Source: Bacillota bacterium
GTDB taxonomy: Bacteria; Bacillota; Limnochordia; Darwinibacteriales; DTU012
Assembly (NCBI GenBank): GCA_012840925.1
Contig: DUVS01000045.1
Coordinates: 23,716-87,715 of the forward strand
DNA: 64,000 nucleotides
Direction: 5' to 3'
Shown here: positions 58,201 to 64,000 of the stretch, in pieces
Layout: each line of letters begins with the position of its first letter
How positions within the stretch are numbered: position 1 is the first letter of the stretch
Position numbers and translations under genes: made by a program
The notes under the pieces: model-generated
What the model was told of the DNA's origin: nothing
Seen by the model: only the letters and a program-made list of their open reading frames with translations
The model's database searches: none

Positions 58201-59559
58201 ATGGCACTTGTTGGTGGTTTTGTCGTTCCGCATCCCCCGTTGATCATACCACAAATCGGCAAAGGCCAGGAACAGAAAATCCAAGCCACCATCGATGCAT
58301 ACCATGCAGTCAGTAAATCGATTGCCGACATCAAGCCTGACACAATTGTGATCGTAACTCCCCACTCGGTAGCATACGCAGATTACATCCACATCTCTCC
58401 TGGCAGCAGTGCCAGAGGAGATTTTAGTATGTTTGGCAGTCCCCATGTGCAGATTGATGTTGAGTACGATCAAGAGTGTGTTGGCCATCTGGAAAGCCTC
58501 AGCGAACAACAAGGCATCCCGGCAGGTACTGACGGGGAGAGGGATCCAAGGCTTGACCATGGCAGCATGATTCCCCTTTACTTTATCAATTTATATTACC
58601 ATAATTACAAAGCTGTCAGGGTTTCCATATCCGGATTGCCTCTTTTGACCCACTATCGTTTCGGGAAACTAGTGGCTCAAGCAGCAGAGGCTGCCGGTAA
58701 ACGGGTCGTGATTGTTGCCAGCGGTGATCTGTCCCATAGACTTACTGAAGATGGGCCCTATGGATTTGCCAAAGAAGGGCCGGTTTTTGATCAGAAAGTG
58801 ACTGAGGCATTGAAGGCGGGAGATTGGCAGCAGCTTTTGGGCTTCAATGAAACCTTCTGTCACTCAGCCGCAGAGTGTGGGTTAAGATCCTTTATCATAC
58901 TTGGAGGAGCGCTAGACGGCAAGGTGATCCAACCACAACTGCTCTCGTATGAGGGCCCTTTTGGAGTTGGCTACGCTGTTGCTGCTTTTCAAGTAACAGA
59001 AAATGGTAAAGGGCAGGAGCACGAGCAGGATGCAAGTGAAAGCAGTGGAGAAGATGAGTATGTGAAGCTGGCGAGAATGTCTCTGGAGCATTACGTCAGA
59101 AACCGGCGCCATCTCCCGCGGCCGGACGGGCTCAGTGAAGGACTGCTCAGGAATCGAGCTGGTGTCTTTGTGTCGCTGCATATTGGCGATCAGCTGCGGG
59201 GGTGTATGGGTACCATCGGCCCCACTACCAAGTGTGTGGCTGATGAGATCATCCGAAACGCAGTCTGCGCCGGCATGGAAGATCCCCGTTTTACTCCCGT
59301 CAGGGAGGAAGAACTGCCTCATTTGATCTACAGCGTTGAAGTCCTTGGAGAAGCTGAACCGGTACAATCAAAGGATCAGTTGGATCCAAAACGATATGGA
59401 GTGATTGTCACCGCTGGAGGAAGGCGAGGATTGCTGCTTCCGAATCTGGACGGTATCGATACTGTTGAAGAACAACTGCGGATCGCGTGTTTGAAGGCAG
59501 GTATTTCACCCCATGAGCGGTATCAGATTGACCGTTTTGAGGTGGTGCGCCATACGTGA
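58201..59559 (+). CDS. fusion protein: LigB/MEMO1-superfamily (class III extradiol-dioxygenase-like) domain + AMMECR1 domain (AmmeMemoRadiSam system A/B-like)
   Basis: N-terminal GGFVVPHPPLII...VIVASGDLSHR (LigB/MEMO-like). C-terminal AMMECR1 signature AGVFVSLHIGDQLRGCMGT. RBS AAAGGGAGG. Confidence 0.75.
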   Translation: MALVGGFVVPHPPLIIPQIGKGQEQKIQATIDAYHAVSKSIADIKPDTIVIVTPHSVAYADYIHISPGSSARGDFSMFGSPHVQIDVEYDQECVGHLESLSEQQGIPAGTDGERDPRLDHGSMIPLYFINLYYHNYKAVRVSISGLPLLTHYRFGKLVAQAAEAAGKRVVIVASGDLSHRLTEDGPYGFAKEGPVFDQKVTEALKAGDWQQLLGFNETFCHSAAECGLRSFIILGGALDGKVIQPQLLSYEGPFGVGYAVAAFQVTENGKGQEHEQDASESSGEDEYVKLARMSLEHYVRNRRHLPRPDGLSEGLLRNRAGVFVSLHIGDQLRGCMGTIGPTTKCVADEIIRNAVCAGMEDPRFTPVREEELPHLIYSVEVLGEAEPVQSKDQLDPKRYGVIVTAGGRRGLLLPNLDGIDTVEEQLRIACLKAGISPHERYQIDRFEVVRHT

Positions 59560-60386
59560 ACAAACTGGTCTGTGAGATTTGCCCTCATCACTGCCACCTG
59601 GGGCCAGATCAGGCTGGCCTGTGCCGGGCCAGGGGCAATGTGGATGGTCAAATCAAAGCTATCAACTATGGTTTGATTACATCCTTAGCCTTAGATCCAA
59701 TTGAGAAAAAACCTTTGTACCGTTTTTACCCGGGAAGCCTGATTCTGTCGATCGGCAGTTTCGGCTGCAATTTCCGCTGCCCCTTCTGCCAAAACTGGGA
59801 GATTTCAACGGCTGCCAAAGACGATCTGGGTTGGCGCCAACTGTCGCCGCAGCAAGTGGTGGAGCTGGCATTAGAACTGCGAAGCAGGGGCAATATTGGG
59901 ATTGCTTTCACCTATAACGAACCTTTGGTGGGATATGAATTTGTTTATGACTGTGCCGAGCTTGCCCATGAACACGGTTTGCAGAATGTGTTGGTAAGCA
60001 ATGGCTATTGCTGCCAAGAGCCGCTGCAGCAACTGCTGCCGCTGATCGACGCCATCAACTTTGACTTGAAAGCATTTAACGATCAGTTTTATCGCAAAAT
60101 CGGCGGTGATCTGGAGACGGTAAAGAACTCTATTACATCAGCGGTAGAATCTGCTCATGTCGAGGTCACGACTCTGATCATCCCGGGGGAAAATGACAGC
60201 GAATTGGAAATAGAGGCTCTAGCTAGCTGGCTGGCCAGTGTCAAGCGGGATCTACCTCTGCACCTTACGCGGTTCTTTCCGAGGTACAAGTGCAGTGATC
60301 GGGCTCCGACAGATATTGACGTACTGCGCAAACTTGCGGAAGTTGCCCGGACAAAGCTTGATTACGTCTATCTGGGCAACTGTTAG
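59556..60386 (+). CDS. AmmeMemoRadiSam system radical SAM enzyme
   Basis: CEICPHHCHL...GLCRAR N-terminal Cys cluster, DPIEKKPLYRFYPGS, radical-SAM CNFRCPFCQNWEIS. GTG overlaps the upstream stop (GTGA). Confidence 0.85.
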   Translation: MNKLVCEICPHHCHLGPDQAGLCRARGNVDGQIKAINYGLITSLALDPIEKKPLYRFYPGSLILSIGSFGCNFRCPFCQNWEISTAAKDDLGWRQLSPQQVVELALELRSRGNIGIAFTYNEPLVGYEFVYDCAELAHEHGLQNVLVSNGYCCQEPLQQLLPLIDAINFDLKAFNDQFYRKIGGDLETVKNSITSAVESAHVEVTTLIIPGENDSELEIEALASWLASVKRDLPLHLTRFFPRYKCSDRAPTDIDVLRKLAEVARTKLDYVYLGNC

Positions 60387-60399
60387 GGAGGTGGCTCAC

Positions 60400-61674
60400 A
60401 TGGATTCAAAACTGGTGCAGACGGCCAGGGGATTACTCACAAGACTGAGGGGCACAGCTTATGTTTTCGGAACGGATGTGCTGGGCGAAGTTGGGCCCAC
60501 CGCTGCTGAACTAGGCAAGAATGCATTGGTTGTGGGGAATACCACCCATACAAAAAGTATTCTGCATCGAGTAATTCAAAGCCTATATACCAACGGGCTG
60601 CTGGTCAATTCAACCTTGGGAGCCAGGCCAAACACACCCATCGAGGATGTTTACCGGATAGCCAGTAAAATTCAGAATAGCAGACCTGATCTGATTGTGG
60701 CAGTAGGTGGAGGCAGTACCATTGACGCAGTCAAAGCCGCAGTGGCTGTTGCTTGCCTTGGGGGAGAAGTTGAACGCTTTTTTGGCACCGGATTGGTTGG
60801 TGAGGCGCTTAAGGGGGCAGGCAGCAGCTTGATCCCGATTGTCGCAGTACCGACGATCGCTGGTTCAGGCGCTCATCTGACGAAATACGCCAATGTAACG
60901 GATCTGGCCCGAGCCCAGAAGAAGCTGATTGTGGATGAGGTATTGGTACCGGCGAGATCTGTATTTGATTACGATGTGACCTTGACCGCTGCACTGGATA
61001 TTACCGTTGATGGAATCCTGGATGGGATGAGCCATCTTGTGGAAGTGTTCTTCGGGACTGGCGCAGCAAATTCAGATCAATATTCGATGGTTGAACAGCT
61101 GGTTAAAACAGGTGTACCGCTGATAGTCAAGGCCGCAGGGAGAGTGCTGGCCAACCCTGATGACCGGGTAGGCCGGGCCGCGATCGGGCTGGCAACCGAC
61201 CTTGGAGCTTGTGCAATCATGATTGGCGGTACTAACGGCCCCCATTTGAACAGTTTTTCGCTAGTGGATGTCGCCAGTCACGGCCGGGCCTGTGGTATAC
61301 TCAATCCCTACTACGCAGTCCTATTTGCGTCAGCGATTGAACCTCAGCTGCAGGTGCTTGGCAGGATTTACGCTGAATATGGGCTTATTCTGGAAGATCT
61401 TGGGACACTGGCCGGGCGGGATTTGGCATTGGCAGTGGCCAGAGGTATGCAGCGCTTTATGCAAAGTCTTGGCGTACCGGTTTCCTTAAAGGAGCTGCCA
61501 GGCTTCGGTGAAAATCATCTGGAGCGGATCCTGACCGCGGCTAAAGATTCACAGCTGCGGATGAAATTGAAGAATATGCCAGTCCCAATTACGCCTCGTC
61601 TAGTTGATGACACCATTGGATCTGTATTGAAAGCGGCCTATGCAGGTGATCTCAGACTGGTTCACAGTCTTTAG
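60400..61674 (+). CDS. iron-containing alcohol dehydrogenase family protein
   Basis: GGGSTIDAVKA dinucleotide motif and Fe-ADH fold-like length (424 aa). ATG 60400 is 7 nt after GGGAGGTGG. The longer ORF from 60238 overlaps the radical-SAM gene. Confidence 0.8.
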   Translation: MDSKLVQTARGLLTRLRGTAYVFGTDVLGEVGPTAAELGKNALVVGNTTHTKSILHRVIQSLYTNGLLVNSTLGARPNTPIEDVYRIASKIQNSRPDLIVAVGGGSTIDAVKAAVAVACLGGEVERFFGTGLVGEALKGAGSSLIPIVAVPTIAGSGAHLTKYANVTDLARAQKKLIVDEVLVPARSVFDYDVTLTAALDITVDGILDGMSHLVEVFFGTGAANSDQYSMVEQLVKTGVPLIVKAAGRVLANPDDRVGRAAIGLATDLGACAIMIGGTNGPHLNSFSLVDVASHGRACGILNPYYAVLFASAIEPQLQVLGRIYAEYGLILEDLGTLAGRDLALAVARGMQRFMQSLGVPVSLKELPGFGENHLERILTAAKDSQLRMKLKNMPVPITPRLVDDTIGSVLKAAYAGDLRLVHSL

Positions 61675-61766
61675 GGCTTGCCGATATGCCTGCACCGGAG
61701 CGTTAGGCAGGCCCCAGGCTAAAGCAGTATCGAGAATTGCTGATTATGGACTTTGGTCTGGTCAGG

Positions 61767-61775
61767 TGTTATAAT
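61767..61775 (+). promoter_or_regulatory. extended -10 promoter TGtTATAAT upstream of the MATE gene
   Basis: Perfect TATAAT with TG at -15/-14. No good -35. Confidence 0.45.
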
Positions 61776-61826
61776 ATATTATAAAAGAAGTTATCTTAGA
61801 ATATTATTTTGAAGGACATGGATAGA

Positions 61827-63386
61827 ATGGAACTTAATCAGAAGGAGCTTGATCCTCTAGGAGTTGAAAGTCTCAGTAAGGATCAACAGGATACTGTCAT
61901 TGAAAACGAAGTTGGGCCTCAGGTAGGCGAAAGTGAGCAAGCGACGCCGGGCAAGCAGATCAAGCTGGCTTTGGATTTGGTTGCTCGAGGCGATGATACA
62001 AACGACTATGGCAAGTACAGCAGGGTAAGCAAGCAGCTGCCCCAGGGCGTTACTTCCAGAATGCTGTATAAAGACGTGGTCCGGATTGCCTGGCCGTCTT
62101 TTATTGAGTTTACCCTGACGCAGCTGACATCGATGGTAGATATGATGATGGTTGGACAGCTTGGGCCGTGGGCGATCGCCTCAGTAGGCTTGACAGTTCA
62201 GCCGAAGTTCTTAATGGCAACCATGTTTATGGCCATGAATGTGGGGGCGACAGCTTTGATTGCCCGGGCGAAAGGTGCAGGTGATCAAGAGAGGGCAAAC
62301 CGGGTACTGCGCCAGGCAATTCTGCTTACAGCAATCTTTTCGGCGATAGCAGCAGTTTTTGGCTATTTAAATTCAGAAACAATGATTAAATTTATGGGTG
62401 CTGCTGACGAGCAAACTTTAGCGGGCGGCACTATTTATTTGAAAATCCAGATGGCTGGTTTGGTGTTTTTTGCACTGACCAGTACTTTTACAGCCGCACT
62501 CCGGGGCGTTGGCAATTCTCGGATTGCCATGACCTATAACTTGATTTCAAATGTGGTCAATGTCGTGTTTAACTATTGTCTGATATACGGCAAGTTTGGT
62601 TTTCCAAGGTGGGAGGTAGCAGGAGCTTCGTTGGCAACAGCGATTGGACAAACGGCAGCATTTGTAATGGCCTTAATCGTTGTCCTTCGCGGCAGGCATT
62701 ATGTCCATCTGCAGCTTCGGGCGGGCTTCAAACCTGATTTCAAGCTGATTAAAAGTATCGTCAACATTGGATTTCCGGCTATGATTGAGCAGTTGCTGAT
62801 GCGGGCCGGTGCCATAATGTACGTCAAGACGGTAGCATCCTTGGGAACTGTGGCTTATGCCACCCACCAGATTGGGATGAACATCCAGGCGTTATCATTC
62901 ATGAACGGTCAGGCATTTGCTGTATCGGCCACCTCGCTGGTGGGGCAGAGCCTAGGCAAAAAAAGGCCTGATATGGCTCAGGCATACGCCAGGCGGACCA
63001 GGCTGTTGGGAATGATGGTCTCGATCTTCTTGGGAATAACCTTTTTCTTCTTTGGCAGGCGGATTGTCTCCTGGTACACCAAAGACACTGAAGTTATTGC
63101 TATGGGAGCCCAGATTTTGAAGCTGGTGGCGTTGATACAGCCGTTCCAGTCTTCTCAGTTTATTCTGGCTGGTGCTTTGCGCGGTGCCGGTGATACGCGA
63201 GCAATTGCTGTGATCATATTCATTACAGTGCTTCTGGTAAGGCCAAGTTTGGCAGTGATCAATATCAATGTGTTCCACTGGGGCCTGATGGGTGCCTGGC
63301 TCGCTTTGGTAACTGATCAGATTTTACGTTCAACCTTAGTGCTGCTTAGGTACAACTCCGGTAAATGGAAGAGTATCCGAGTTTAG
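61827..63386 (+). CDS. MATE family efflux transporter with about 80-aa acidic N-terminal extension
   Basis: 12-TM MATE core (IAWPSFIEFTLTQLTSMVDMMMVGQLG...). The start is ambiguous: TTG 61809, ATG 61818, ATG 61827 or internal ATG 62061. Confidence 0.75.
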   Translation: MELNQKELDPLGVESLSKDQQDTVIENEVGPQVGESEQATPGKQIKLALDLVARGDDTNDYGKYSRVSKQLPQGVTSRMLYKDVVRIAWPSFIEFTLTQLTSMVDMMMVGQLGPWAIASVGLTVQPKFLMATMFMAMNVGATALIARAKGAGDQERANRVLRQAILLTAIFSAIAAVFGYLNSETMIKFMGAADEQTLAGGTIYLKIQMAGLVFFALTSTFTAALRGVGNSRIAMTYNLISNVVNVVFNYCLIYGKFGFPRWEVAGASLATAIGQTAAFVMALIVVLRGRHYVHLQLRAGFKPDFKLIKSIVNIGFPAMIEQLLMRAGAIMYVKTVASLGTVAYATHQIGMNIQALSFMNGQAFAVSATSLVGQSLGKKRPDMAQAYARRTRLLGMMVSIFLGITFFFFGRRIVSWYTKDTEVIAMGAQILKLVALIQPFQSSQFILAGALRGAGDTRAIAVIIFITVLLVRPSLAVININVFHWGLMGAWLALVTDQILRSTLVLLRYNSGKWKSIRV

Positions 63387-63414
63387 AGGTTGGATTTGCA
63401 GAGGGTGATTGTTG

Positions 63415-64000
63415 ATGCTTTCAACTGCAAATGATGCCCGTTACCACCAACTGCTAAGCCAAATCGATCGGTTGATCACCGAGAAACTGCTGGTTATTAT
63501 AGCTATTGATGGCAGCAGTGGCTCCGGCAAAACAGAACTGGCGAGGCAGCTCCGGCAGAGATACGATGCCAATGTGTTTCACATGGATGATTTTTTCCTG
63601 CAGCCTCATCAGAGGACCAAAGTAAGGCTTGAGGAAATTGGTGGCAACGTGGACTATGAACGGTTCAAAGCTGAGGTTTTGGAGCAGATTAGCAAATCCA
63701 ATCATTTTTCCTATCAGAAATACGATTGTCAATTGGGCAGACTGACGGATTTTGTACAGGTCACGTCTAAACCAGTGAATATAGTTGAAGGCGTTTACAG
63801 CATGCACCCCACTTTGATTGGGTACTACCACTTCAAAGTTTTCCTGACGGTTTCAAGGGACCTTCAGCTGGAGCGGATCGGTAAGCGCAGCGGGGAAGTG
63901 CTCCTTGAACGGTTCATCAAGGAGTGGATTCCAAAGGAGGATGAATACTTCCGCTACTTTGGGGTGCAGGAGCAGGCGGATTTGGTGATTGATACTTCGA
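63415..64000 (+). CDS. uridine-kinase/PRK-family P-loop NTPase, N-terminal part (3' end outside window)
   Basis: Not in the ORF track because no stop falls within the window. ATG 63415 follows GAGGGTG. Walker A IIAIDGSSGSGKTELA. Open to the window end. Confidence 0.65.
   Translation, partial: MLSTANDARYHQLLSQIDRLITEKLLVIIAIDGSSGSGKTELARQLRQRYDANVFHMDDFFLQPHQRTKVRLEEIGGNVDYERFKAEVLEQISKSNHFSYQKYDCQLGRLTDFVQVTSKPVNIVEGVYSMHPTLIGYYHFKVFLTVSRDLQLERIGKRSGEVLLERFIKEWIPKEDEYFRYFGVQEQADLVIDTS

Noticed and set aside
60238-60399. Upstream extension of the Fe-ADH ORF and the upstream extension of the 906-aa protein (2934..3011)
   Set aside because: Both extensions overlap the preceding genes and lack RBS. 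Internal ATGs with GGAGG-type RBS were chosen instead.

Overview
The window is a dense, almost entirely plus-strand carbohydrate-utilisation region of an anaerobic saccharolytic bacterium (about 50% GC, strong GGAGG ribosome-binding sites). Taxonomy is uncertain: solute-binding proteins lack lipobox cysteines and one gene encodes a beta-strand-rich secreted protein, which hints at a diderm envelope. Two glycan loci are present. Locus A (1..20610) holds an SBP fragment, GH42, an unassigned 906-aa glycosidase-like protein, a URO-D-family protein, a Gfo/Idh/MocA oxidoreductase, a BNR/Asp-box protein, an (alpha/alpha)6 protein, GH2, a LacI regulator, an FGGY kinase, GH95 and a metallophosphoesterase. 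Locus B (27948..51018) is about 22 kb and co-directional. It contains an FAD oxidoreductase, an NHL-TPR-Yip1 membrane protein, a large secreted DUF5696-like protein, a CUT1 ABC transporter (two permeases and an SBP), a cytoplasmic and a secreted paralog of an unrecognised protein family, a DUF1861-like beta-propeller, GH130, two lipoproteins sharing a novel C-terminal domain, an SGNH esterase, an 1165-aa double-FAD, discoidin and HEAT lipoprotein, and a second LacI regulator. Between the loci lie a tRNA-Thr(CGT) with a compensated A19:U56 tertiary pair, a polyprenol-kinase-like membrane protein, a DUF4038/GH140-like and (alpha/alpha)6 gene pair, a convergent secreted beta-rich protein and a phosphoglucomutase. 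The 3' third carries a TraB/GumN protein, an ABC-2 exporter, a LamG lipoprotein, GNAT, 2-hydroxyacid dehydrogenase, SfsA, a fused LigB/MEMO-AMMECR1 protein translationally coupled to an AmmeMemoRadiSam radical-SAM enzyme and an Fe-alcohol dehydrogenase, a MATE exporter and a partial uridine-kinase-family gene. No CRISPR arrays, transposases or integrases were seen. The most novel candidates are the Yip1/DUF5696-led ABC cassette, the paralogous unknown-family pair, the shared lipoprotein domain, and recurring GTAAA/TTTAC palindromes and a phased GAAAAC repeat in promoter regions.
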